From Octopus bimaculoides (Eukaryota): 64,000 bases of DNA. The stretch is from NCBI RefSeq assembly GCF_001194135.2, contig NC_068982.1, positions 78,553,558 through 78,617,557 on the forward strand. Direction: 5' to 3'. The stretch's first letter is position 1; each line of letters starts with the position of its first letter. The position numbers and the translations under genes were made by a program. Below the pieces are notes generated by a model, which saw nothing but the letters and a program-made list of their open reading frames with translations, was not told where the DNA came from and searched no databases. This document shows positions 23,185 through 37,109 of the stretch, in pieces.

Positions 23185-24660
23185 GTATCACTGCTGCCCG
23201 GCGCCATCCGATAATGCAAAGTTGTAGTGTGCATTCCAATGGTGTGTAGAGTTATATTTGGGTTTATCAGATGTACACACAGAGAGTGAATCAAAATGTG
23301 TATTTCACAAGTGAGCATTTTTGGGGATTGGGCTGTTTAAACAATTGTTAAGTATAGTTGTCATTAGAATGGGGAGAGTGATTGAATGTTGATTAGTTGT
23401 CATGACGAATGGGTAGTATTGACGTTGAATGTTTGTCCACACCATTTATGTCACGGAGTGCCCAAAACTGCCATAGCGAATGCGTTCTTTGTATCTCAGC
23501 CCTTTTCATAAGTCTCTACCAGTTAATTGGCGTAACATTGCATGCCTCCTTTCTGCTTACACATCGAATGCATTAAAAGCGCATAAGAAAACACTGATCG
23601 GTTGAAGTTACGTCCTTAAAAATGCTCGATTGCCCCTTAAGCCATTGTTGGAGCAATTATCCCTCCTATTTTTTGTAAAAAACTTAAATGCTGCCCTAAG
23701 TGGGGTGTAACTTAATAGGTTTCTCTTTGCAAAATGGGCTGACTGTGTGCTGTTAGTTTTAAGGTAAAAGCGGATGTAAAGCCCATTACACACGTCTGAG
23801 AGGATGATATCTAAATCAGCTGCTTTGTGAAGCTGTACGTTGCCTTTTCACAGTATAAGTCTCATCCCAATACCTCTCGGTAGACAATATTTTACGTTCT
23901 ACCCCGGGGTAAGTAAACGAAGAGACTTTCCTTGCTTCCCAGCTGGGAACAACTGACGTATAGCTGACCATGTGAGAAGCATGATTCATCTAAATGCAGC
24001 CCTGCCACTGATAGTGTCTGCCCCTGTGACTTATTGATTGACATTGCAAAACATACTCTAAGTGAGAACTGCAGATGGTGAAATGCAAAGGGAATATCTA
24101 CACCAGATGGAATGAGGGGGATTCTGGGGATGAAAACGTCCTCTCCTTTGCCACAGCCGGACAAAACGTTGACTTGAAGAACATACTGCATAGCCTTCTT
24201 AATAACCAAGTGTGTCTCATTGCAAAACTTTGGAGGGTCTAAATTCCTCAGCAGCATGACAGGAGCTCCTCATACACTGGAAGTGTATGAGGAGGCAGCC
24301 CAGGTGGGTCAAGAGAAATAAGAAACTCCACTGGATAGTTCACCACCTGGTCATCGTCGGGTACAGAATCGATTATTCTGTACACGTGCAGCCTTCTGGG
24401 AAGCGAACGCAGCAGCTTAGCATTGAGAGCGGTCACTGTGCTGTTTTTTGGAACCAAAATGGCTCTTTCGGAAATCCAATTCATGTCAAGGTAATTCCTT
24501 TGTAAATTTGGAAAGACATGTGCCTCTAGTTCATCGGAATTACTGACAGTGGTGCAGAGGTGAGTTAGTGACAGTTCTCCATTTTCATCGAGCGGAACAA
24601 TACCGTTCCAATTGACGATATGTCAGATGCAAAATCTGATGCCATCTGGTCACCACGAAG
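23185..24660 (-). mobile_element. Helitron 3' portion (PIF1-like helicase C-terminus plus 3' non-coding region)
   Basis: ERAILVPKN..YPVEFL.SL.PPGLPPH; QFSLRVCFAMSINKSQGQTL..FSHGQLYV; frameshifted; degenerate 3' hairpin near 23199-23210. Confidence 0.9.
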
Positions 24661-24664
24661 CTGA

Positions 24665-25220
24665 GCATTTGTCACGCACAAAAACAATCTTCCCAGTTAG
24701 CCTTCCTTCGAAAATGCTGCACCTCTTATGTGTCCTTAGCTTATACCAGGTACATCTTATGGAGTTTCCACTTATGCCTTTTCAACAGATTCAGCAGGGC
24801 CATCTACCTGAAGGGATTTGTGATTTGTCTGCCTTCCTACTTATTAAGACTTTGGTTTTTGCTAGATTGACTCTAAGGCCCTTCAATTCTAGACCTTGAT
24901 TCCACACCCGAAACTTCTTCTCTAGTTCTGGTTGTTACTCAGCTATTAGAGCAAAATCATCAGCATAGAGGAGCTCCCAGGGCATCCTGTCTTGAATTCA
25001 TCTGTTATTGTCTAGAGGACTATGATGATTAAGAGGGGGCTGAGGACTGATCCTTGGTGAACCGGAATTCGTCACTATACTCGTTGCCAACCTTCACCTT
25101 ACTGACAGAAGCCCTGTAAATGGCTTGTACAGCTCTTACTTACCACTCATCTATCCTTCAATGATCTCAACAACTTCCACAAACTGTCAATGGCTCCTCT
25201 CATCTCAACCAATACACTAC
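24665..25220 (-). mobile_element. RTE-clade LINE fragment abutting the Helitron
   Basis: VRAVQAIYR..KVKVGNEYS; QGSVLSPLLII; GCPWELLYADD; LRVNLAKTKV. Confidence 0.85.
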
Positions 25221-26115
25221 TTTTTATGAGTTTGGCTAGTCCATTCTTTTAATCCCAGAGGGGTGTCTTGACTGTCACTACAACAATTTTCTTTCAGGGC
25301 TGACAAATAAATGTTTGAACTTATAATAACAGTTTCTGAATGTGAGTTCCATTTTCCCTCTCTATGTTTTGGGTTTATCTCTGCTGTTTGATTCAACCTG
25401 TATTCTATTGACTTTGCCAATCAGCCACCATGTAGTAGAGAGTTCTCAAAAATTCTGAAATTGCATAATCTTTTGACGCCAGCTGTTTGCATCTCTCTTC
25501 CATTCACCTTCACAATATTATAACCTATGATATAGGAGAGGTTAAAATGCCACAAACTCTTACAAGCTGAATAACTAACCTTAACACAGTTACTCTTCAA
25601 TATCTAACAATATTTATACCATGGCATAAAATGGTAATCTATTAAATTAATGAATTCTCTAGCTATATTAGTTCTTACTGTGAGGTTAAATACTGAGTTA
25701 TACTATGAAATGCACCATTTCCTATTCTATTCTTACACTGTGTGTTATCAGTATGTTAACATATAATTTTATTTGAGAACACATTATTTCTTAGCATCTC
25801 ATTACAATACCCAACTGTATTCATAGAAGCATTTTTATCAGAAGATATCATGAATACCTCTTTACTAATATTGTCAACCAAATCCCTCAATACATATATA
25901 TATACAAATGTATATATATATATATATACAAATGTCTGTAAATATGTATATATACCAAGTGGGTGATGTGGTTGCCTATGTATATATACTAACTTCTCAT
26001 TTGGTTTGCAGTATGGTCTAAAACTATTATTATCCATTTGTAATGTGTCAAGAAAATTAACAGCAATAAGGTTTACAGTAATTCAAGTTCTATTTCCTAT
26101 ATCTGTATCTATTTA

Positions 26116-26226
<111 letters not shown>

Positions 26227-26227
26227 A

Positions 26228-27340
26228 CTGGGTTGAGTCAAAAGGTATTTGGATATCAAGCTTTAAATAACAGTTCAAACAAATTACATATGAAAAGCAT
26301 TTATTCATTTAAATATATCCCATCATATTCTATTGTCTGTTATTGTGCCAGAAGCTCAATTCTATGCTTATACCATTTGGCTTTTTTAGAGTTAAAAAAT
26401 TCCCTGCACTTTTTTCAATCTCATCCACATTAATGAGCCTTCATCTGTGTAGAAAATAAGCCATGATTTGGAAAAGGCTGTAATCTGATGATGTATGGCC
26501 TGTACTGTAAACAAGGTTAGGTAGCATTTGTAGCCCCTCAAGTCCTTCAAGTTTTTGCTTGGTCACATTGGCAGTGTGTGCTGGGACATTGTCATACCAT
26601 AGGCATGCATGTCTTTGATTGCCCAATGCTGGGTAGTAGGTTTTCAAAGCAACATATATTCACTCCAGTTGTTGAGCATAAAGGTTAGCATTCACGACAT
26701 AACCATCTGGAACAAGCTCAAAGTGCAACACCATCTTGAAATTCATCCGAAAAAGCAACATGACTTTCTGTTCAAACTGCCTTCATTTGAGAACATATTC
26801 TGAAGCCTGGCTAGAATGAAGCTGCTGATTTTTCTTATATGGATTACAAAAGTAAATCTATTTTCCATCCATAGTTACAATTTGATGCCAAAAACAGACA
26901 CCCTGAGGATTTGCCAACAGTTGTTTGCTAATGTTCATACATTGCTGAACTTGGTCATTGGTCAGTTCAAGAGAAGCTTCTTGACAGCATCTTTTCACAA
27001 GACCAAGCCTGTGGAAGTGTCAACTGATGGTTCTTCGTGAAGGACCAAGTTTTGCAGACAATGTATGAATGCTTGTACTTCAACCATTTCAAGTAAGGTC
27101 TCATCTTCCAAAACAGAAGGTCCCCCTGACTTTGTTTTGTCTTTGAGGCTGGTATCATCTTTCATGAAATGTCTGAACCAGTTTTGCCCCACCCATTCAT
27201 TCACAGTTCCTGGGCTTTCCACATCTTTAATTTCTTTTGCTGCCCTTGTGCTCAATCCTTTTATCAATAGGTAGTGTAAAATGCAATTTTTCACTACTCA
27301 GTATCAAAGCTAAAAAAATAAAGGAAAAACAATTAATGTT
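26228..27340 (-). mobile_element. Mariner transposon remnant
   Basis: HTH region (QNWFRHF..DTSLKDK.KSG.PS) and DNVPAHTA..TKQKL..SDY.LF; the left end follows TA. Confidence 0.85.
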
Positions 27341-27465
27341 TATAAGTTATATATGGAGATAAAGAATAAGCATTTTAGCTAAGATTGAACAAGTTGTATC
27401 AAACTAATGATATAACATGGAGATACAAGTTGCCAAAAATCATCAGTGAAAGTCAAAACTTTTGA

Positions 27466-27523
<58 letters not shown>

Positions 27524-29979
27524 AGTGAGTAAACAAACAAAAGAAGGGCACTCAACAGATTTATTGGGAGAATATGTGTGTGTGTGTGTGTGCATGTGTG
27601 TACATCATCATCATCATCATTTAACATCTGTTTTCTATACTGGCATAGGTTGGATGCTCTGATATATATACATATGTATGTCTATCTATCTATTTATACA
27701 TAGGTATATATATGTATATGTGTGTATGTGTGTATATATATATATGTATATATATATATACATATGTATTTTTTTATTTATTTATTATTTTTTTTATAGT
27801 TTCAGTTTAGAGCTGCGGCCATGCTGAGGCACCACTGTGTTGCTACACTGTTATTACAGGGAGCCTCTTACAATATGTNNNNNNNNNNNNNNNNNNNNNN
27901 NNNNNNNNNNNNNNNNNNNNNNNNNNNNNNNNNNNNNNNNNNNNNNNNNNNNNNNNNNNNNNNNNNNNNNNNNNNNNNTATATATATATATATATATATA
28001 TATCTTTTACTTGTTTCAGTCATTACACAGCAGCCATGCTGGGGCACCAGCTTGAAGAATTTTTAGTTAAATGAATCAGCCTTATTTTTTTAAAGCCTGG
28101 TTCTTCTTCTATTGGTCTCTTTTGTCAACCACTAAGTTACAGGGATGTAAACACACCACCACTGGTTATCAAGTGTTGGTGAAGGGTTTTCTTGAGTACA
28201 AAAACTTGCCCATTGTCTTAGTTGTTTGTCATTTCCATGAGGGTCAGCACCCTGAGCTCATTCTTCACCACTTCATCCAATGTCTACTGAGGTCTTCCTC
28301 TTCCATAAGTTCCATCGTCCATTTAGCAATTAGCATGTCTTTATGCAATATTATAATTATGATCATTGTCATGATCATCATCGTTTTATGTCAGTCTTTC
28401 CATGCTGGTATGCGTTGAAAAGTTTGATAGGATCCAGCAAGCCACAACACTGCATTGAGCTCCATTGTCAAATTTGGCATGTTTTTAGTGGCTGGATGCC
28501 CTTCCTAATACCAACCACTTTACAGCATATGTATTATTATGCATATATTTATATTAAAGTTAACTTTAGTCACTGATGAGCAATTCTAGGCTTCATCACT
28601 AATTCAGTTATTAACCAAATTGAATGTGGTCCTTTTAGCAATGATGATCTTATCTTCAACTACATTTGGAGACAAAGTAATTGAAATTTGGTTTGTTGGG
28701 AAAAAAGTTAGGTCAAACTATGTGAGGTCAAAAATTGGCAGAGTAAGGCCAAAAATTTACTTTGAATGAAAACATCTCGGTTATTTTAGAAGAAAAGTAC
28801 AGATTGATTGGGTTTATAAGCATGTGCTCATCAAGAAGAATCTTTTGGTGAAAACCTTGTTAAAAAATAATAGTTACAAAAAATAGTGTGGCTTTTAGTG
28901 ACATGGTAAGTAACCTCCAAAATTGACTTAGAATCAAAATATCTCAGCTTTTACAAAAGAGAACTACAATAGTTGTGTTCAAATGAAAGAACTCTTTGAG
29001 ATGAATCTTATGGTGAAAACCTCATCATATTAGCTACAAAAAAGGAATGTGACTATAAGTGATGAAAAAAAAGTAATCATTTTAACAAATCAAAATATTT
29101 TTGTCATTTTTAAGATATCTTACTTGATAAAAGACAGGTTTTTGATGTCAAGGGTTACTTAACTTAATGACACAGAGTGCTTAACTGGAATTCGAGAAAT
29201 ACAAATTTTGATTCTCTTGCTAGCCATTTTATTCCCCATTTTCCAAGAGTATTTACCTAATCTCGTTAGTTGTTTTCACAACTATTCTGTGTTTTGAATT
29301 TCCTTCATTTTCTCTAAAATACCAATCCAGTCAGCACTTCAAAGTTTATATATNNNNNNNNNNNNNNNNNNNNNNNNNNNNNNNNNNNNNNNNNNNNNNN
29401 NNNNNNNNNNNNNNNNNNNNNNNNNNNNNNNNNNNNNNNNNNNNNNNNNNNNNNNNNNNNNNNNNNNNNNNNNNNNNNNNNNNNNNNNNNNNNNNNNNNN
29501 NNNNNNNNNNNNNNNNNNNNNNNNNNNNNNNNNNNNNNNNNNNNNNNNNNNNNNNNNNNNNNNNNNNNNNNNNNNNNNNNNNNNNNNNNNNNNNNNNNNN
29601 NNNNNNNNNNNNNNNNNNNNNNNNNNNNNNNNNNNNNNNNNNNNNNNNNNNNNNNNNNNNNNNNNNNNNNNNNNNNNNNNNNNNNNNNNNNNNNNNNNNN
29701 NNNNNNNNNNNNNNNNNNNNNNNNNNNNNNNNNNNNNNNNNNNNNNNNNNNNNNNNNNNNNNNNNNNNNNNNNNNNNNNNNNNNNNNNNNNNNNNNNNNN
29801 NNNNNNNNNNNNNNNNNNNNNNNNNNNNNNNNNNNNNNNNNNNNNNNNNNNNNNNNNNNNNNNNNNNNNNNNNNNNNNNNNNNNNNNNNNNNNNNNNNNN
29901 NNNNNNNNNNNNNNNNNNNNNNNNNNNNNNNNNNNNNNNNNNNNNNNNNNNNNNNNNNNNNNNNNNNNNNNNNNNNNNC

Positions 29980-30240
29980 TTCACTGTTGCTGAAAGTGTT
30001 AAATTAAGAAAAAATGCAAAAGGTGTTAAAAAGCTTTATCAACTTCAAAGAAAATCATCTGAAAAATTTATCAATGATTATAATCCTTTACTTTTGATAT
30101 GACAGGCAAATGTTGACTGTCAGTATGATATTGAATAAATACGTGACCAGCTACCCAACAAAAACTGAGAAAAATGAAGCTGAAGGTGCTTGGGAAAATT
30201 TAGATCAAAATAAATTTCTGAAGTTGTTCATCAAATGGTG
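29980..30240 (+). mobile_element. Helitron/Helentron Rep-region fragment
   Basis: QRKSSEKFINDYNPLLLI*QANVDCQY, then frameshifted KYVTSYPTKTEK: the N.YNP.L...W.AN.D.Q...YV..Y..K.E motif. Confidence 0.65.
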
Positions 30241-30544
30241 TGTGCACTTTTCTGTTTTTAATATTTTTTCTTTTTTGCTTTTTATTGCAAATTTAAAAAA
30301 ATTTAAGTTAATATTTTTGATTTTAAAAGTTCTTTGTATTAAGCTAAAAGCATTTCTGTCTTATTTTTAGTATTATGAGAATAAAAAATATAAAGGTAAA
30401 TATAATTAATTAAAATAATAAAAGTGTTACCTGGAAAAAAAGTGGACTAAAATATGGGGACAGAGTGCTAGAATATTTTTAAGTATTGAACCTGGAAAAG
30501 TACAGAATAAGAAGGAAAAAAAATCTTAAAATATTTATTTCTTT

Positions 30545-30770
30545 AACTACCCACAAGGGGGCTAAACGTAGCGGGGACAAACAGGGACAGACAAAGGAGT
30601 TAAGCTGATTACATTGACTCCAATGTGTAACGGGTACTTATTTAATCAACCCCGAAAGGATGAAAAGCAAAGTCGACCTCAGCAGAATTTGAACTCAGAG
30701 CGTAACAGCAGATGAAATACTGCTAAGCATTTTGCCCAATGTGCTAATGATTCTGCCAGCTCGCTGCCTT
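30545..30770 (-). mobile_element. SINE family B
   Basis: Reverse complement aaggcagcgagctggcagaatcattagca..gagttcaaattctgctgaggtcgactttgc. Confidence 0.8.
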
Positions 30771-31640
30771 TAAAAAATCTTACAATATTGCTGCTGAAGT
30801 TAGAATTTAAAAATTAAAAATTTAAAATAGTAATAAATGCTCTTTTAATTTATTTTTTAATTTTACATAAAACTTTAGATTAAAATACTCAAGGAGCTAT
30901 TCATTTTCAATGTTCGTGAAAAGTCTAATTGCTTACAGGTTTGCACATTTAAAATTTAATATTACAAACTTAGTGCTTTAGNNNNNNNNNNNNNNNNNNN
31001 NNNNNNNNNNNNNNNNNNNNNNNNNNNNNNNNNNNNNNNNNNNNNNNNNNNNNNNNNNNNNNNNNNNNNNNNNNNNNNNNNNNNNNNNNNNNNNNNNNNN
31101 NNNNNNNNNNNNNNNNNNNNNNNNNNNNNNNNNNNNNNNNNNNNNNNNNNNNNNNNNNNNNNNNNNNNNNNNNNNNNNNNNNNNNNNNNNNNNNNNNNNN
31201 NNNNNNNNNNNNNNNNNNNNNNNNNNNNNNNNNNNNNNNNNNNNNNNNNNNNNNNNNNNNNNNNNNNNNNNNNNNNNNNNNNNNNNNNNNNNNNNNNNNN
31301 NNNNNNNNNNNNNNNNNNNNNNNNNNNNNNNNNNNNNNNNNNNNNNNNNNNNNNNNNNNNNNNNNNNNNNNNNNNNNNNNNNNNNNNNNNNNNNNNNNNN
31401 NNNNNNNNNNNNNNNNNNNNNNNNNNNNNNNNNNNNNNNNNNNNNNNNNNNNNNNNNNNNNNNNNNNNNNNNNNNNNNNNNNNNNNNNNNNNNNNNNNNN
31501 NNNNNNNNNNNNNNNNNNNNNNNNNNNNNNNNNNNNNNNNNNNNNNNNNNNNNNNNNNNNNNNNNNNNNNNNNNNNNNNNNNNNNNNNNNNNNNNNAATA
31601 TTCTAGCACTCTCTGTGCTTGCATTTTTTATTCTAGTACA

Positions 31641-31674
<34 letters not shown>

Positions 31675-32189
31675 GAAAGTGAGAGAGACTGGGAGAGACA
31701 CAGAGACAGAGACAGCAAAAGAGACAGTTGCAGTATATATACATGAAAAGCTTGGTACTACAAACAAGTCATACTTGCTTGCAAATGATAGCTATTATGT
31801 GGTATAAATGTGTGTGTGCGTGTGTGTGCACGCATGCATATGTGTGTGTGTGGGGGGGGGGTGCACATGCACTCAGCTTCTGTATACGAAACTCAACAGA
31901 TAGCTAAGGGTATGAGAAGGAAAAAAAAGACACTTGCATAATGTGCCAATCAGTAAGAGTGAGAACAAACATGGAACCATAGGGTTGTGAACTGAACTTC
32001 CTAATTACAAAGCCAAGCCTAATCTAATACAGTACACCATCCATTTTCTCTGAAAGGGAGTACAGCATTATTATATTTGGAGCAATGTAGATCTTCTGTT
32101 AGATAATATGACAAATATTCACAAAAACTAATGTATTTATGCTTAGCATGTAGATAAAAATGTCATTTAGAAATAGCTTAGTAGATACA

Positions 32190-32327
32190 AAATGGCTGTG
32201 AAGTTAAAAAGCTAGCTTTGCAATCACATGGCTTTGGGTTCAATCCCACTGAGTGGCACCTTAGTCAAGCGTTTTTTTACTGTAGCCCTAAGCTGATCAA
32301 TGCATTGTCAGTGAATTTGGGAGATGG

Positions 32328-32379
<52 letters not shown>

Positions 32380-32590
32380 TTTGTGTCCTTGTGTCCATGT
32401 TTGTCCCACCACCACTGCTTATCAACTGGTGTTTGTTGTGTTCACATTCTTGTAACTTAGCAGTTTGGCAAAAAAGACCAATAGTACCAGGCTTAAAAAA
32501 AAATTAGTACTGAGTCAGTTCATTTGACTAAAAATTCAAGGCAGTGCCCTAGCATAGCTGCACTCTAATGACTGAAACAAGTAAAAGGTA
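32190..32590 (+). mobile_element. SINE family A, diverged
   Basis: Recognisable head, central (TG)n tract and tail ..atgactgaaacaagtaaaag. Confidence 0.75.
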
Positions 32591-32602
32591 AACGGTATAC
32601 AT

Positions 32603-32637
<35 letters not shown>

Positions 32638-32673
32638 TAGATAGATAGACACATACATATATGTATGTATATA

Positions 32674-32706
<33 letters not shown>

Positions 32707-32786
32707 GGGAGAATATACAAATAATAACAACAGACGAGGACAGGTGGTGTAAATAACAAAAGTATATATTAGTATGACGCTCGGGA

Positions 32787-32856
<70 letters not shown>

Positions 32857-32975
32857 GTGCACACACACATATATATATATAAATATACAGATACAGATAT
32901 ACATATATATATGTGTGTATGTATGTATACACACACAGACACATCATACACGCACACATACACACACATATACAT

Positions 32976-33006
<31 letters not shown>

Positions 33007-34845
33007 GTAGTTTTGTGCTTGTGTTTGTCCCCACTAATACTTAACAACTGATGTGGGTGATTGTTTATATCCCTGTAACTTAGCAGTTCAGCAACTGAAG
33101 CTGATAAAATAAATACCAAACTTAAAAAACAAAACATAAGTACTGAGATCAATTTGTTCATCTAAATTCTCCAAGGTAGTATTTCAGCATGGCCACAGTC
33201 CAATGTGACTGAAACAAGCAAAAGACAAAAATATTTGATTCTGAGTAAAAGCTTTTTTTTTCTTTTTTTTTTTTTTGCTGATAATTATGGTTGAGTTATA
33301 TTACACATATATATATATATATATGTTGCACTCACATAGAAAAACGACAATCTTCTAACTCTATAAGAGAATAGTGCACAACAATATAACAGCAGCAGCA
33401 GCAGAAGTGCTTCTTAAGTGGTTATACCATTGGCAGTTGCTTGTGCTTGAAGTGGATGTCACAGATAGTTGTAAGTGCCTTTGGCCCATAGATATTGAAA
33501 CAGAACAGTCTATTGGTCCAGTCTGATGATAAAAAGGAAATAACTGACATAAAATAATAATAAAATCAAACTATATTTAAGGTTTGTTTTAGAGGTTGTT
33601 AATTCAGCGAGGAGGTAGTAATCCCTGTTACAGATTAACAAGGTTAAGAATAGGACAAAGATCACAGAAGTGTCTCAAGAAGACCATTTAATGATGACGG
33701 TGGTGGTGGTTGTGGTAGTGGTGGTGGTAGTGGTGGTGGTGGATGTAGTGGTGGTGGTGGTGGTGGTGGCTTGGGTTGAATGGTTTGACAGGATCTGATG
33801 GCTCACAGTATTGCATTATACCCACTGTCATCTTAGCATGATTTCTGCAGCTGGATGCCCTTCCTAACACCAACTATTTTACAGTGTGTATTTGGTGTTG
33901 GTGGGTTCTTTATTTCTTTTTTGTGACAACAACACTGATTCAGTTTGCAAGACTATGAGCCCCAAGGGAAGCAGTGTTATGATTGGAAATGAGGGATTAA
34001 AATATGTGAAAAAAGGCCCAGAATAGAACAAGTTTCCTGCTGTATAGGAGCTACATGGCTACCCACCTTTTAGAAGAGAGGGTGAGAGTGATTGGGATGG
34101 AGCTTGGAAGGGATAAAAAATAATGGTGATGAAGTGTCTGTGTGAGCCCTCAATGTAAGAAGTGAGTAGGAGTGAATAGGTGCAAAATTTGGAGTGTGGG
34201 TGGAGTGTGGAAGCAAGTAAGGGAGAATGAGAGAGGAGGAAGGGGTGAGGAACTAAATGTAATAAATGAAGAACAAGTGCTGAGTGGATAATACGAAGGG
34301 AAAGAATAATATCAAAAAATATTACATACATACATACAATAATTGTAATTTACATGGTGGTCTTACAGGAAACAGTATACACCATGGTAGAGACAGAGAA
34401 TGAAAGAGATTTACTGCTCAGGGGGAGATAATTGTTTTTAAGCATATCCATCTTTTGTCTTCTGTGGACAAATGTTTTTTTTTTCAGAGAGTGAAAAGAG
34501 TAAGAAGAGCATACATCTTATAGTATATAATTATTTTATTATTATTCTTTGTTATTATTATCATAGTAGCCATGTGTGATTTCATCCTCATTTGGAATCT
34601 TCAGCATAACACATTTGAAACCAATATTCTAAGTGAAGCATGAATGCTGAAACTTCCTATGAATAGCTCTGTTACAAATTTAGTCCTTGATTTTTATATT
34701 TAGACACAGTTGTATGTTTTTTAGAGGGATAAAAAAAATAATTTAAAGTTCTTTTTGTTGTATCTTGGGAGGGTTATTATGCCAATAATAATCACACACA
34801 ATGGTTTTATTTCACTTCTTTTACTATATAGTTGTCAATTGGGTG

Positions 34846-35073
34846 ATTATTTAGCCAATTGGCTAATCAACTATTAGACTAATTGTTTGGTTTATCAATC
34901 GGTTAGTAAAGTTTGCCATATGAACTCCAGGCCTGTCTCAAACAGACCAAGAATAGAGAGGACATGTTATTGAAGAGGTTGCAAATAGTGTCAAAAGGGT
35001 TCTGATGAATGGAGCTGATTGATTGATTAACCAAATGAACAACCAAACACTTGATTAGTTAATTGACTAAATA
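34846..35073. repeat. MITE-like inverted repeat (about 55 bp imperfect arms)
   Basis: ttatttagccaattggctaatcaa..tttggtttatcaatc versus the reverse complement of gattgattaaccaaa..ttgattagttaattgactaaataa. Confidence 0.55.
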
Positions 35074-35079
35074 ATTTAC

Positions 35080-35227
35080 TAGTTGGCAAATAATATTGGC
35101 TTCAAATTTTAGGGGGAAAAGAGTAGTTGATTACATCAGCCCCTGTACTTGTCTGGTACTTTATTTTATCAGCCTCTAAAGATGAAAGGCATAATCGACC
35201 TCAGCAGAATAGTTGGCAAATAATATT
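35080..35227 (-). mobile_element. 5'-truncated SINE family B with an 18 bp target-site duplication
   Basis: TAGTTGGCAAATAATATT at 35080-35097 and 35210-35227 flanks a 112 bp SINE 3' fragment. Confidence 0.8.
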
Positions 35228-36253
35228 AAATGAAGTGAAATAGAACCAGTGCATGTGTTTCTTATTGATATAATAAACCCTGCCTCCACAAGATACAACA
35301 AAATCCATTTCAATACATGATTTCACACTGAGATTCTTGCTAACCAAATACAAAAGCCAAATATTCTTTATACTTTGTGATAAGAAAAATGGTGATTAGT
35401 TGCTGTTTTTGGCTTTGTTTGAACAAACAAACCCAAACTTTTTGATGGTACTTAAATATCTGCACTTGATTACTTGACAGACTAGGGAAAAAAATTAGCA
35501 GGAAGTACTTTGAGAAATCTTGTACTTGTTTAGTGTTTCTCTTATAATTACGTTCAAGTATTTATCATTGGTTCTACAGTGTCAGGATTAACCCACAACA
35601 GTTCCATTGCCATTGGCTAATCTCAAGACAATCCTAGAAACATTATCATTCGGATAATTTTTTTCTTTCTGTTTTTTTTTTTTTTTTNNNNNNNNNNNNN
35701 NNNNNNNNNNNNNNNNNNNNNNNNNNNNNNNNNNNNNNNNNNNNNNNNNNNNNNNNNNNNNNNNNNNNNNNNNNNNNNNNNNNNNNNNNNNNNNNNNNNN
35801 NNNNNNNNNNNNNNNNNNNNNNNNNNNNNNNNNNNNNNNNNNNNNNNNNNNNNNNNNNNNNNNNNNNNNNNNNNNNNNNNNNNNNNNNNNNNNNNNNNNN
35901 NNNNNNNNNNNNNNNNNNNNNNNNNNNNNNNNNNNNNNNNNNNNNNNNNNNNNNNNNNNNNNNNNNNNNNNNNNNNNNNNNNNNNNNNNNNNNNNNNNNN
36001 NNNNNNNNNNNNNNNNNNNNNNNNNNNNNNNNNNNNNNNNNNNNNNNNNNNNNNNNNNNNNNNNNNNNNNNNNNNNNNNNNNNNNNNNNNNNNNNNNNNN
36101 NNNNNNNNNNNNNNNNNNNNNNNNNNNNNNNNNNNNNNNNNNNNNNNNNNNNNNNNNNNNNNNNNNNNNNNNNNNNNNNNNNNNNNNNNNNNNNNNNNNN
36201 NNNNNNNNNNNNNNNNNNNNNNNNNNNNNNNNNNNNNNNNNNNNNNNNNNNNN

Positions 36254-37036
36254 ATCTGTGAGAAAAACAGCACCATGATACAATCCACTCTGCCAGAAAT
36301 TTGAAAATGACATGCTGCACTGCTTAGCATTCACACCGGAAGCTTCAATACGAACATCTCAGAGTGTTTGGGTGTCAATCTGAGGACAATGGAATCTGAG
36401 GCCATGTACCGAGAGTGATAAAAACCAAACATCCAGTCAACATCATGATGTTTGGAGTGATCATTAGTGATGGCAACATTATGCCTCCATTCATCTTCCC
36501 ACATGGCCTCACACTCAATGTGGAGACCTACATCAAGTGCCTGGAAGAGGTAGTATTGCCTTGGATCAAGAGGATGACTGCTGGAAGACCCTATGTCTGG
36601 CTACAGGACTCAGCATCATGCCGCACAAGCAAAAGAACCCAGTCAAGGCTGTCAGACAAATTTCTGTGACCACATCAACCCTAACATCTGGCCACCTTTC
36701 TCCCCAGACTGCAGCCCCCTTGTGTATTATGTGTGTGGTGCAGTTGAGCAAGTGACCAACAAAACTCCTTGTAACACCAAAGATGAACTGAAGGCAAGAA
36801 TTATGGCAACATTCACCAACTTAAGCAAGGAGGCCATCCAGAAGAGTTGCAGGAGATTCTGAAGTTGTCCGAATGCCATAGTTGAAGCCTTTGGCGATTT
36901 TACTGAATAAATTTATTTTTTAGTATTTCAAGATATTTTTTATGTAATTTTGGTAAACATATCTGTTAAAATGAAATGTCAGTGTTATTTTCATTTTTGC
37001 ATAATCTAGATGACAATTTATTCATTACACCCAGTG
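36254..37036 (+). mobile_element. maT/DD37D-like element, internally deleted
   Basis: KTKHPVNIMMFGVI.SDG.IMPPFIF..QDSA..; WPP.SPDC.P..YYVCG; the left end is hidden in the gap. Confidence 0.85.
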
Positions 37037-37109
37037 TGTATACTTACATACATCCATCCATACATACATGAGTGCATGCGCGTGTGTGTGTATTTTGAAG
37101 TAAGCCTGT

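Noticed and set aside
25297-25340. Strong acceptor (ttttctttcag) and GTGAGT donor pair
   Set aside because: Stops in all three frames; it could only be non-coding, and there is no support for that.
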